IMG/VR virus record: IMGVR_UViG_3300046777_001585
Coordinates: 1 to 56,448 of that record
Length of the DNA stretch: 56,448 nt
From: a virus
Taxonomy: Duplodnaviria; Caudoviricetes
Strand: one strand, 5' to 3'
Part shown: positions 43,917 through 52,228 of the stretch, one piece after another
Layout of the letters: every line of letters begins with the position of its first letter
Position numbering within the stretch: position 1 is the stretch's first letter
Notes under the pieces: model-generated
What the model was told of the DNA's origin: nothing
Databases searched by the model: none
Seen by the model: the letters and a program-made list of their open reading frames with translations, nothing else
Made by a program: the position numbers and the translations under genes

Positions 43917-44101
43917 TGCCAGAGCAGCGAGAACCACGGCCCATGGGCCGTGGTCAGTCGGACGACAGCGTTACAATGAACGAGTACATCTCGTTGCTTC
44001 GATCCCTTCGTGAACGTGGCGCAGACCTTCCGGACTTTCAAAGTCCGGAAGATGTCATCGCGTTCGCCAGGGAGAAAGGCCTTCTGGAGTCACGCGAGTG
44101 A
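43916..44101 (+). CDS. Hypothetical protein
   Basis: TAATG coupling upstream and GTGA overlap downstream. Confidence 0.55.
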   Translation: MPEQREPRPMGRGQSDDSVTMNEYISLLRSLRERGADLPDFQSPEDVIAFAREKGLLESRE

Positions 44102-45180
44102 GTAGAGGGGCTGGTGCCAAGAAGAGTGCTTCGCCGCGCCAGCAGTCCACCAGGGACTTTATCAAATCCGCGCTCGGAAGCACTGAGCGCGAACCTGGCT
44201 GGGAGTACGGTCAGATTCTTCCCGTTCGTGCAAGGAAAAACGAAGAAGGGGGGATGGAGCGGGAGTGGGGGCTAGGCTATAGCAACACTGCGAAGGGCAT
44301 GCTCGATGCGTTTACCCTCCCTCGCCGTGCGATGGAAGGAGAGGAAGTAACGCCAGAACAGGCCATGGAAATGGCCATGAACGTCACCGCGCCTGGCGTT
44401 GCCACCGCGCGGTATGCTCCGGGCGTTCTCAACATGCCCACGGTGTACCACGGCACCCCGCATAGGTTTGAGCCTACTCCTGATAATCCACTTGGGGAGT
44501 TCAGGGCCGCACAGATTGGGACTGGGGAGGGTGCTCAGATGTATGGGCATGGGATTTATCTTGCGGAGAATCCGGCTGTGGCGAAGGAATATGCGCGAAC
44601 ATTATCTGCGGATAGGGAGCAGGCAATTCGTCGCGCGTTGGCCGGATTTGATATGGAAGTGCGAGATTTGGAAATGCTGAAAAAAATTAAGTTGGGAGAA
44701 GCGCCATGGCCTAATAATCAACGCGGGCAACCGGTTTCTCCTGAGTTTATTGATAAACAGATAGCCGAACGGTCAGACAGCGTTAATGTGCTGCAATCAC
44801 TCAAAGAAAAGCTAGATGGGCTTAATAGCGTCTACACCGCTGACCTCCCAGACGAAATGGTCGACCGGATGCTGGACTGGGATAAGCCGCTTACAGAACA
44901 ATCTTTGGACGTTCAGAGAAAAATACAACAGTTAGTTGACAAAGAACTAGGAAAAGGAACGTGGTCGGTTTGGTCTAAAAACAACCCAGATTACCGTGAC
45001 CTTCGCGACAGTTTATTTGAAAACAAAACAGAACCAGAAATATCAGAACTGTTTAGGCAGGCTGGAATCCCCGGCATCAAATACCTAGACGCTGGCAGCC
45101 GCGACAAAGGCAAAGGAACCCGCAACTTTGTGGTTTTTCCTGGGGAAGAAAAGAAGGCAAAAATCCTAAAGAGGGACTGA
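44098..45180 (+). CDS. Putative ADP-ribosyltransferase-fold protein (ART-PolyVal-like)
   Basis: VYHGT...GTGEGAQMYGHGIYLAE...GIPGIKY...NFVVF pattern. Confidence 0.6.
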   Translation: MSRGAGAKKSASPRQQSTRDFIKSALGSTEREPGWEYGQILPVRARKNEEGGMEREWGLGYSNTAKGMLDAFTLPRRAMEGEEVTPEQAMEMAMNVTAPGVATARYAPGVLNMPTVYHGTPHRFEPTPDNPLGEFRAAQIGTGEGAQMYGHGIYLAENPAVAKEYARTLSADREQAIRRALAGFDMEVRDLEMLKKIKLGEAPWPNNQRGQPVSPEFIDKQIAERSDSVNVLQSLKEKLDGLNSVYTADLPDEMVDRMLDWDKPLTEQSLDVQRKIQQLVDKELGKGTWSVWSKNNPDYRDLRDSLFENKTEPEISELFRQAGIPGIKYLDAGSRDKGKGTRNFVVFPGEEKKAKILKRD

Positions 45181-45181
45181 A

Positions 45182-45331
45182 ATGAGCAAAGGTCTGTACG
45201 CCAACATCCACGCCAAACGAGCCCGCATCGCCGCGGGCTCCGGCGAAAAGATGCGCGCTCCAGGGAGTAAAGGCTCCCCGACGGACAAGGCGTTCCGTCA
45301 GTCCAAAAAGACAGCGAAGAAGCGCAAGTGA
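45182..45331 (+). CDS. 49-aa basic conserved phage protein (not in ORF track)
   Basis: MSKGLYANIHAKRARIAAGSGEKMRAPGSKGSPT, a widespread aquatic phage peptide. Confidence 0.75.
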   Translation: MSKGLYANIHAKRARIAAGSGEKMRAPGSKGSPTDKAFRQSKKTAKKRK

Positions 45332-45678
45332 TCGAGACCCTCGGACAGCGGCAGCGGCGCTTCACGCTCTATGTCGGCAAGCTCATCATCTGGGCATACG
45401 ACAACGGGTTTGAGTTGACCGTGGGCGACGCCTACCGCTCTCCAGAGACGGCGAAGATATACGCGGAGCGTGGAATCGGATCGGCCACCAGCTTACACTG
45501 CGAACGTCTGGCCATCGACCTGAACCTGTTCATCAAAGAGAAGTACCAAACCGACACTGCGGCCTATGCGCCGCTCGGCAAGTACTGGAAGTCTCTTCAC
45601 CCTGACTGTGCGTGGGGCGGAGACTTCCGCCGTCAGGACGGCAATCACTTCAGCCTGCGCTACGGGAACATGGCATGA
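45328..45678 (+). CDS. Endolysin, M15-family peptidase
   Basis: SLH...AID Zn motif and WGGDF...DGNHFS. Confidence 0.85.
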   Translation: MIETLGQRQRRFTLYVGKLIIWAYDNGFELTVGDAYRSPETAKIYAERGIGSATSLHCERLAIDLNLFIKEKYQTDTAAYAPLGKYWKSLHPDCAWGGDFRRQDGNHFSLRYGNMA

Positions 45679-46091
45679 TCGCAGACGCAATCGCGGGCGT
45701 CGTCGGAAAAATCATCGACCGTGCATGGCCAGACCCTGCACAGAAAGCCGCTGCGCTTCTCGAGCTGGAGAAGATGAAGCAGGCCGGAGAGTTCAAACAA
45801 CTTGATACAGACATCCAGGCCATGCAGATGCAGGCCGATGTCAACAAAGTCGAAGCGGCAAGCTCAGATCCCTTCACCTCGCGTTGGCGACCTTTCGTCG
45901 GCTGGGTGTGTGGATGTGCGCTGGCCTGGCACTACATCGGGCGTCCGTTGGCGGGATGGGCGCTCCTGCTGGCGGGCAATGAAACGCCCATTCCAGCAGT
46001 TGACCTGGGGGACCTCATCGTAATTTTGCTGGGGCTCTTGGGCCTCGGAGGCCTCCGCTCCTATGACAAACTCCACGGAACGTCCAAATAA
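45675..46091 (+). CDS. Holin (GTA-type 3TM family)
   Basis: VNKVEA...WRPFVGWVCG...LLGLGGLRSYDK; ATGA overlap with the endolysin. Confidence 0.85.
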   Translation: MIADAIAGVVGKIIDRAWPDPAQKAAALLELEKMKQAGEFKQLDTDIQAMQMQADVNKVEAASSDPFTSRWRPFVGWVCGCALAWHYIGRPLAGWALLLAGNETPIPAVDLGDLIVILLGLLGLGGLRSYDKLHGTSK

Positions 46092-46485
46092 AAAGCGCTG
46101 TTCATCCTGCTGCGAAGTCAAGCCCCTCGACCAATTCTACCGACGAAAAGAGCGTCACCAGGCTGTCTGTAAGATTTGCCAAAACCTCTACCGACAAAAG
46201 TATCCGCGCCCCTCTGTGTCCGTGGAGAAGCGCAGAGAAACTCGTCTGCGGAAGTTCGGCATGTCCCTTGATGCGTTCTTCGAACTTCAGGAAGCGCTCG
46301 GCAGACGCTGCCAGATTTGCGGAACGCGGCCCGAGGGCCATCTGAGCGCGGACCACTGCCACTCCACAAACCGCTTTCGAGGCCTGCTCTGCTCGGCCTG
46401 CAACCTGGGCCTCGGACACTTCAAGGATGACATCAAGTCCCTGCGAAATGCTATCTTGTATTTGTTGAAATCAAAGGAGGAGTGA
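46063..46485 (+). CDS. Endonuclease VII-family nuclease
   Basis: CQICG...DHCH...RGLLC..CN.GLG.FKD plus N-terminal CxxC pairs. Confidence 0.85.
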   Translation: MTNSTERPNKKRCSSCCEVKPLDQFYRRKERHQAVCKICQNLYRQKYPRPSVSVEKRRETRLRKFGMSLDAFFELQEALGRRCQICGTRPEGHLSADHCHSTNRFRGLLCSACNLGLGHFKDDIKSLRNAILYLLKSKEE

Positions 46486-46748
46486 CCGTGGTAAAGCATC
46501 AGGGGAGCCCATTTCATGATTCCGTAAACCGCCCCAGCCACTACCAGAGTTCGAGCGGCATCGAATGCATCGACGCTATCCAAGCCGTGGTCGAGCGGCT
46601 GGATGGATTCGAGGCGGTGTGCACCGCCAACGTCGTGAAGTACGTCTGGCGGTGGAAGGACAAGAATGGTGTCGAGGACCTCCGCAAGGCGCAGTGGTAT
46701 CTATCCCGACTTATCAAAACTCTGACTGAGTGTCCCCCTGCCGGGTAG
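46482..46748 (+). CDS. DUF3310/T7 gp1.7-like nucleotide kinase
   Basis: VNRPSHY...IECIDAI...NVVKYVWR..K.GVEDLRKAQWY. Confidence 0.85.
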   Translation: MTVVKHQGSPFHDSVNRPSHYQSSSGIECIDAIQAVVERLDGFEAVCTANVVKYVWRWKDKNGVEDLRKAQWYLSRLIKTLTECPPAG

Positions 46749-46757
46749 CCCGGCCCT

Positions 46758-46781
46758 CGCCCCCTTACGGGGGCGTTTTTT
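46758..46781 (+). terminator. Rho-independent terminator
   Basis: cgccccc-ttac-gggggcg followed by T6. Confidence 0.85.
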
Positions 46782-46784
46782 GTG

Positions 46785-46846
46785 TTGACAGAGGCCTGCG
46801 ACCGGTCGCACAATTCGCTCCACGCCATCCCGGCGTGATACAGGAG
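46785..46846 (+). promoter_or_regulatory. sigma70 promoter with palindrome and 5' hairpin leader
   Basis: TTGACA-18-CACAAT; palindrome tgcgaccggtcgca at 46797-46810; hairpin cacgcc/ggcgtg followed by atacaggag. Confidence 0.65.
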
Positions 46847-46853
46847 ACTGCAC

Positions 46854-47021
46854 GTGGAAGACAGACACTACCCATCACTGTTCGTGGAGGCCTGGGGATT
46901 TCTTCCCTCTGAAGCAAACGTTCGATGGTTCAAGGGCCTCAGCCCTTGGCGCAAACGAGACCATGTCGAAGAAATGCTCGATATGGTTTACGCAAAGAAA
47001 GACAGAAAGGAAAACGCATGA
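46854..47021 (+). CDS. 55-aa hypothetical protein (not in ORF track)
   Basis: SD aggag, GTG start, ATGA overlap with the next gene. Confidence 0.55.
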   Translation: MEDRHYPSLFVEAWGFLPSEANVRWFKGLSPWRKRDHVEEMLDMVYAKKDRKENA

Positions 47022-47326
47022 ACTGGGAAACTGTTGCGCGCGGCGCACTGGCCGAGGGCCGCGGCTCATGGGACAAGCTCCACCGTCAGGAGCAGGCCTA
47101 CATCATCTCCGACTGGACCGAACGCGAGGGCAGGATCGAGATGCTCAACACATCTCCCGTAGACCTCGTCAACATGGTCGCGGACCTGTACGACCCTGAA
47201 CTCAACATGGACAAGAAATCAGGGCTCATGGAGCTTGGGAAAACCATTTGCGCCGGGTTTGCCGTGCATGCACGGCGCTCTGCTGAGAGCCTGTGGAAGC
47301 GTGAGGAGGTGCGTCATGGAGTTTGA
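47018..47326 (+). CDS. Hypothetical protein
   Basis: SD aagga; starts MNWETVARG. Confidence 0.6.
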   Translation: MNWETVARGALAEGRGSWDKLHRQEQAYIISDWTEREGRIEMLNTSPVDLVNMVADLYDPELNMDKKSGLMELGKTICAGFAVHARRSAESLWKREEVRHGV

Positions 47327-47588
47327 CATCACACTGCGCGGCGAGCCCGCCACCGTTGTCGTCACTGCCTACTGCCCGGATCGTCCCGGGCAGTTCTCGG
47401 GCCACCCGGACACGTGGTATCCCGAGGAGCAGGGCTTCCTCGACTTCGAAGTATTTATTGACGGGGAGATGGTTTGCGATTTGACGGACACGGAGATCGA
47501 AGCGATTGAACGAGACGCGCTCGATCTTCTGGAATACGAGGCGGATCGTATGGCGGGGTACTACGAACAGGAGGAGCTGTGGGCATGA
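47316..47588 (+). CDS. Acidic hypothetical protein
   Basis: SD ggagg; GHPDTWYP motif. Confidence 0.6.
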   Translation: MEFDITLRGEPATVVVTAYCPDRPGQFSGHPDTWYPEEQGFLDFEVFIDGEMVCDLTDTEIEAIERDALDLLEYEADRMAGYYEQEELWA

Positions 47589-47863
47589 ACGACATGATTG
47601 AGAAGATTGCGGATTGTTTGCTGCAAAATCATATGGAATTGATGGCGGAGGTAAGTCATCTACGTGAGGAGGTTTCACGTTTGATGTCCTGCAAAGGAGG
47701 GGGCTTGGGTTTAACGCATAAAGAAGTGACTGAAATTATCCGTGGAAATATGAAAATTACCGACCCTTTATTACTTGACGCCGTGCATGCAGTAGCGGTG
47801 GATATAGAGATCGCGGTGCTGGATAAAAATGGACTGCTAGAAAAAGAAGGGGAAGAGGAGTAG
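47585..47863 (+). CDS. Hypothetical protein
   Basis: SD ggag; ATGA overlap. Confidence 0.55.
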   Translation: MNDMIEKIADCLLQNHMELMAEVSHLREEVSRLMSCKGGGLGLTHKEVTEIIRGNMKITDPLLLDAVHAVAVDIEIAVLDKNGLLEKEGEEE

Positions 47864-47868
47864 CAGAT

Positions 47869-48525
47869 ATGCACGCACGACTGATTTCATATACCACCAC
47901 TCCGCTTGGAATTATGGCCCCGGAGCAGCTGATTGCTTACTGCGCGCGGGTGAGTAACCCGCAAAACCAGAACAGCCATGAGACAGCGGACAAGCTGCTG
48001 AGATACCTAATCGATCACAAGCATTGGTCACCCTTTGAAATGGTGAACGTGTGCATGGAAATCAAAACCACGCGCGACATCGCCCGGCAGATGTTGCGGC
48101 ACCGTAGTTTTTCTTTTCAGGAATTCTCGCAACGCTACGCCGACCCGACAGAGCTGGGATACGTATTCCGCGAAGCGCGATTGCACGACCCGAAGAACCG
48201 TCAGAATTCTATCGAGGGCGTCGGCCCGGAGTTGCAGCAGAAGTGGGATGCCTACCAGAACGAAATCATCAAAGCAGCACTCGACGGCTACAAGTGGGCG
48301 CGCGAGCACGGCATTGCAAAAGAAGTCGCACGGGCTTTGCTGCCCGAAGGGATGATGGAGAGCGTGTTGTACATGAACGGGAGCGTCCGTTCGTGGATTC
48401 ACTACTTAGATGTTCGCACCGACTCTTCTACCCAGAAAGAGCACCGGCAGGTGGCATTAGAGTGCGCGAAGATTATTATAGAGTTGATGCCGAGTCTAGT
48501 TAAGAAAGAAATCGAGGAGAAATGA
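47869..48525 (+). CDS. thyX: FAD-dependent thymidylate synthase
   Basis: ThyX motif RHRSFSFQEFSQRY, plus HWSPFE and EVARALLP. Confidence 0.95.
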   Translation: MHARLISYTTTPLGIMAPEQLIAYCARVSNPQNQNSHETADKLLRYLIDHKHWSPFEMVNVCMEIKTTRDIARQMLRHRSFSFQEFSQRYADPTELGYVFREARLHDPKNRQNSIEGVGPELQQKWDAYQNEIIKAALDGYKWAREHGIAKEVARALLPEGMMESVLYMNGSVRSWIHYLDVRTDSSTQKEHRQVALECAKIIIELMPSLVKKEIEEK

Positions 48526-48827
48526 AAATGGCTAACGTGATTATTGATGGTATTGAGTATGCGCCGGTTGTTCGTGCTGCGGGCACGCGCGCGGTTGTCG
48601 TTGTGGATCGCGGTTGGATCTTTGCAGGCGATGTGACGCGCGAAGGTAATAGAATCTTTCTGGACAACGCGGTGTGGGTTTTCAGGTGGGAGTCGATTGG
48701 CTTTGACGGTGTGATCGCAAATCCAAAAGACGACAACGTAACTCTTCGGAAGATGAAGAACCGGGTCGAGATTCCGGCTCAGTCTGAAATTTTCTCAGTG
48801 CCCGTGTCGGACGACTGGGGAGTGTGA
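48522..48827 (+). CDS. Small beta-barrel (Sm-like/DUF6948-like) protein
   Basis: VVVVDRGWIFAG...LDNAVWVFRW pattern; coupled to the Gly/Tyr-rich ORFs. Confidence 0.55.
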   Translation: MKMANVIIDGIEYAPVVRAAGTRAVVVVDRGWIFAGDVTREGNRIFLDNAVWVFRWESIGFDGVIANPKDDNVTLRKMKNRVEIPAQSEIFSVPVSDDWGV

Positions 48828-49093
48828 TGAACTTCCTTCCGGCAGGGAACGGCTCCAACTCCGGCTCCAACTCCGGCTACGGCGATGGCTACGGCTCCGG
48901 ATACGGCGATGGCTACGGCTACGGCTACGGCTACGGCTACGGCTCCTGCTCCGGCTACGGCTACGGCTCCTGCGATGGCTACGGCGATGGCTACGGCGAT
49001 GGCCACGGCTCCGGATACGGCGATGGCTACGATTCCGGCTCCGGATACGGATACGGCTACGGAACGCCGGAGATTTTGAGGAGAAGAGAATGA
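48824..49093 (+). CDS. Gly/Tyr/Asp/Ser low-complexity peptide, copy 1
   Basis: MMNFLPAG-(GxGY)n-GTPEILRRRE; overlaps neighbours at both ends. Confidence 0.6.
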   Translation: MMNFLPAGNGSNSGSNSGYGDGYGSGYGDGYGYGYGYGYGSCSGYGYGSCDGYGDGYGDGHGSGYGDGYDSGSGYGYGYGTPEILRRRE

Positions 49094-49323
49094 GGCCTGA
49101 AGAAAGCGTGATGAACTTCCTACCGGCAGGAAAAGGCTCCGGTGACGGCTCCGGCCACGGCTACGGCTTCGGCTTCGGTGATGGCTATGGCTACGGTGAC
49201 AGCTACGGCTCCGGCCACGGCTACGGCTTCGTCTACGGCGACGGCTATGGATACGGCGATGGCGATGGCTACGGCTACGGCTCCGGATACGGAACGCCGG
49301 AGATTTTGAGGAGGAGAGAATGA
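49090..49323 (+). CDS. Gly/Tyr low-complexity peptide, copy 2
   Basis: Same MNFLPAG leader and GTPEILRRRE tail as copy 1. Confidence 0.6.
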   Translation: MRPEESVMNFLPAGKGSGDGSGHGYGFGFGDGYGYGDSYGSGHGYGFVYGDGYGYGDGDGYGYGSGYGTPEILRRRE

Positions 49324-49421
49324 CCCAAGACGATATTGTCCGCATGGCACAGGAGGCTGGCTATGGCCTGTCACTGGCCGAGCTGCACGGACCAGCGCTG
49401 GAACTGTGTCAGCAGAATTAA
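49320..49421 (+). pseudogene. Truncated MTxDDIxRMAxEAG-family gene
   Basis: MTQDDIVRMAQEAG... stops after 33 aa, without the EREACA part seen in the next gene. Confidence 0.4.
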
Positions 49422-49447
49422 ATTTTTATTGAAGGTGGCAGAAAAAT

Positions 49448-49639
49448 ATGAACGAACGACTACATGACCTGTACAAACAGGCTTTTGGATATTTCCCCTC
49501 GCCCATCGGCGAACCTGAATTAGAAAAGTTCGCCGAGCTTGTCGCCGCTGGTGAACGCGAAGCGTGTGCGAAGATTGCCGAGACAGCGATCTACCGGCAC
49601 GACATTGCCGACGCTATACGTGCGAGAAATGACCAATGA
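49448..49639 (+). CDS. Small EREACA-motif phage protein
   Basis: LEKFAELVAAGEREACAKIAE...ADAIRAR. Confidence 0.7.
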   Translation: MNERLHDLYKQAFGYFPSPIGEPELEKFAELVAAGEREACAKIAETAIYRHDIADAIRARNDQ

Positions 49640-49938
49640 ACAAAATGTCACCGCAAGCTGAACTCACTCTCTGGGTCGGTGCGACACGGTACTACATGGG
49701 GCGCATGACTTATGCTGTGTCCGACTTTTGCAATCTTTTGATTGGCTCGTGGAATGAACTCGGCGAAAACACCAAGGCCATCATCCAGCGCGATGTTGAG
49801 GAAGAGGTTGTGCGGGACGATGAGTCTCGCAAACGGGGAGATTCTTTTCATCCGTTGGGTCACGACTGTGACCGGAAGTCTTGGGAACACGTGATAAAAC
49901 TGTGGACTAAAGTAACCAACGAAGGAGAACAGACATGA
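49636..49938 (+). CDS. Conserved hypothetical phage protein
   Basis: ATRYYMGRMTYAV...LGHDCD...W pattern. Confidence 0.7.
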   Translation: MNKMSPQAELTLWVGATRYYMGRMTYAVSDFCNLLIGSWNELGENTKAIIQRDVEEEVVRDDESRKRGDSFHPLGHDCDRKSWEHVIKLWTKVTNEGEQT

Positions 49939-50354
49939 TCGCATTGACCCCTTTTCAGAAGGACGTGAAGTACTTTTTTGACACCATCTACCGTCCGATG
50001 CTGGCCAGGGTGACAGGAGGCACCGCCGCGCAGGGGTATCGCTTTCCGACCCGAAAGGAGGCCGACGCCGAAGCACGCGAATGTGCGCGCCTGCACGCAG
50101 GCCTGCTGCCCCGGAACGCGGTGTTCAAAGTAGTGGACAGCGCCGAGACTGACCCGTGGCGCGAGTGGCGCGGAAACCCGAACTCGCCGAACCCCAACGA
50201 TCGCAAGAAGGCGGCGGTGCACACTTTCGTAGTCCGCGCGACAACGAACGAGGTCTACGATCATCGCAATCGCTACTTCATCCCAGAGCCCTGGGCCACG
50301 CAGCTGGGGTTCACCAACGCCCGCTTCGCGGCCAACCTGTCTCCAGACTGGTAA
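49935..50354 (+). CDS. Hypothetical protein
   Basis: SD aaggag; ATGA overlap. Confidence 0.6.
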   Translation: MIALTPFQKDVKYFFDTIYRPMLARVTGGTAAQGYRFPTRKEADAEARECARLHAGLLPRNAVFKVVDSAETDPWREWRGNPNSPNPNDRKKAAVHTFVVRATTNEVYDHRNRYFIPEPWATQLGFTNARFAANLSPDW

Positions 50355-50356
50355 AG

Positions 50357-50656
50357 ATGTCGGTGAACGAAAAAATTAAAGAACTATACCTTCTAAGCCA
50401 TATTGAAAGCCGCCGCGCTTCTCGAACTGGAGAAGATGAAGATGGATACTTTGGCAAAATGTTTGATCTTGAGACATTTTTTAACTTAATCAAACAAGAA
50501 ATATACGATGAAATAAAAGAAGAGCTAATTCCAGATGAGTTAGTTGACATAGAACCCGATAGCTTCAGTAGGCAATACCTTAAAGGCTGTAATGGCGGTA
50601 TTACTGATGCATTATATATTGTCAAGAATTTTGGAGTAGATATTGATGAACTATGA
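50357..50656 (+). CDS. AT-rich hypothetical protein
   Basis: ATG at 50357; visibly lower GC than its flanks. Confidence 0.55.
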   Translation: MSVNEKIKELYLLSHIESRRASRTGEDEDGYFGKMFDLETFFNLIKQEIYDEIKEELIPDELVDIEPDSFSRQYLKGCNGGITDALYIVKNFGVDIDEL

Positions 50657-50733
50657 TGATCTTTTGTCGAAGTGCCAAGGTTTTCTATCTCCAATCCTAG
50701 GGTGCGCAAGCAGGCTTCTGTCAGACTGGTGAC

Positions 50734-51009
50734 ATGACGACCTTCATGGCCATCTGCCGGACCTTGAACATCAACCCCTACGCCGTCGACGACGACGGCG
50801 GAAAGGCGTTGGTGCGGTTCGGCCACGACGGCGGACGGGTGACCGGGGCCACGATCTACCGCGGCCCAGACGGGAAACTTTTCTGCATGTCGAAGCGGCA
50901 GCCTGAAGTGGTCGAGGGCCACGGACCGTGGACCATGGCCCGCGAACAACGGTTCTTCAAACTCAAGACAGGCTCTTTGTGGGAGTGTGCGCACGATGAT
51001 GAAGCTTGA
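50734..51009 (+). CDS. Hypothetical protein
   Basis: ORF in the operon with phage-like codon usage. Confidence 0.5.
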   Translation: MTTFMAICRTLNINPYAVDDDGGKALVRFGHDGGRVTGATIYRGPDGKLFCMSKRQPEVVEGHGPWTMAREQRFFKLKTGSLWECAHDDEA

Positions 51010-51256
51010 CGGTTTGGATGAGGCACTCGTAGGCGAGTGCCAGACCTGGGACGGCGGCTCACGGGTCGAGCGACTGGTGTACAGCGGAGAGGCCATCCTG
51101 GACATCCTGATGGAGAGGGACGGGATGTCTGAGGAGGACGCTTGGGAATGGGTGGACTTCAACATCGAGCAGGCGTGGGTCGGACTCTCGACTCCGATCA
51201 TCGTCTGGGAAATCTCCTGGGAGGACCTGGATGAGCAGGAGCCTGACGATGGATGA
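50996..51256 (+). CDS. Conserved acidic phage protein
   Basis: DGLDEALVG...LVY...MSEEDAWEWVDFNI..AWVG..TP, a widespread family. Confidence 0.75.
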   Translation: MMKLDGLDEALVGECQTWDGGSRVERLVYSGEAILDILMERDGMSEEDAWEWVDFNIEQAWVGLSTPIIVWEISWEDLDEQEPDDG

Positions 51257-51398
51257 GTCGCGGCGGGAGCGGCGGCGAGCCCAGAAGCAGGCCGAGAGAG
51301 AACGACGGGCTCAGGAGGGACTCGTCCGGGTCGAGTTCTGGGTGGACAGGGAACACCTGGCCGCAGTGAGGGCGTTCATCGAAAGCCTGAAAGACTGA
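51249..51398 (+). CDS. 49-aa putative DNA-binding peptide (not in ORF track)
   Basis: SD aggag; RERRAQEGLVRVEFWV pattern (RHH-like). Confidence 0.55.
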   Translation: MDESRRERRRAQKQAERERRAQEGLVRVEFWVDREHLAAVRAFIESLKD

Positions 51399-51421
51399 TC
51401 GAATGATACAAGGGAGGACGG

Positions 51422-51955
51422 ATGTTCAAAGCGGAAAAAAGAAAGTGCGACGGGTGCACGCGCTGTTGCGAAGGCTGGCTGCACGCCACGATCACCGGGC
51501 CCACTGGTGAGGCATATCCGATGTACCCTGGCAGGAAGTGCCAGTTCCACAGAAAGGGCAGCTGCAGCATCTATGATAGGAGGCCTGCCGACCCGTGCCG
51601 GGGCTACACCTGCGCCTGGCTGACTGAGGAAATCATCCCGGAGTGGATGAAACCCTCCGAGTCGAACGTTATCTTGACGTGGCACAAGGTGAAGGAGATC
51701 GACCAGATGTACCTGGAGGTGGTCGAGTGCGGGACGCCCCTGACAGCCGAGGTGCTCAACTGGTTAATCCACCTGTACCTGCGCAACAAGGTGAACGTCG
51801 TCTACCGCCTGAGCGGCGGCACAAATCACATCGGCACAAGGGAGTTCATGCAGTGGGCAGAGCGCGTGAGGGTGACCCTTCCGATCTTCCCGTTTTGGAA
51901 GCACGAAGAGCCCGCGGCTCCGGCTCCAGTTCCAGCAGAAGGAGCACAGGCATGA
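51422..51955 (+). CDS. CxxCxxCC (YkgJ-like) Cys-rich metal-binding protein
   Basis: CDGCTRCC...C...CSIYDRRP..C..Y.CAW; SD ggagg. Confidence 0.75.
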   Translation: MFKAEKRKCDGCTRCCEGWLHATITGPTGEAYPMYPGRKCQFHRKGSCSIYDRRPADPCRGYTCAWLTEEIIPEWMKPSESNVILTWHKVKEIDQMYLEVVECGTPLTAEVLNWLIHLYLRNKVNVVYRLSGGTNHIGTREFMQWAERVRVTLPIFPFWKHEEPAAPAPVPAEGAQA

Positions 51956-52170
51956 AGACCTTTGTAGTGGCACTGAGCAAGGTCATCAGGGTCAGGGTGA
52001 CGGCAGGGACCTCGTCAGAGGCTCTCAGAGACGCTCTGGGCGCGGATGACAGGGGAGAACACCTTGTGCAGTGGGTAGACATGTCGGCGCTTGGAGAGGT
52101 CCTGGGGGAGGAAAGCAGGAAGTTGACAGCGGAGGATTGGGGGATGGAGGTGCCGAGGGGGAGGGATTGA
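51952..52170 (+). CDS. Hypothetical protein
   Basis: SD aaggag; ATGA overlap. Confidence 0.55.
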   Translation: MKTFVVALSKVIRVRVTAGTSSEALRDALGADDRGEHLVQWVDMSALGEVLGEESRKLTAEDWGMEVPRGRD

Positions 52171-52228
52171 GGGACAAGGGGGATGGACCATGGGCCACGG
52201 ACCACGGGCCTGGGAGGGCAAAACGCGA

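Noticed and set aside
46063-46485. Endonuclease VII as an intron-encoded homing element
   Set aside because: The flanking genes are intact and no intron structure is evident; a free-standing homing role cannot be excluded.
48779-49345. Antisense RS- or AV-repeat ORFs and the alternative ATATA frame over the Gly/Tyr repeats
   Set aside because: A hexamer microsatellite is open in several frames; only the Gly/Tyr frame is coupled to its neighbours and duplicated with start and stop.
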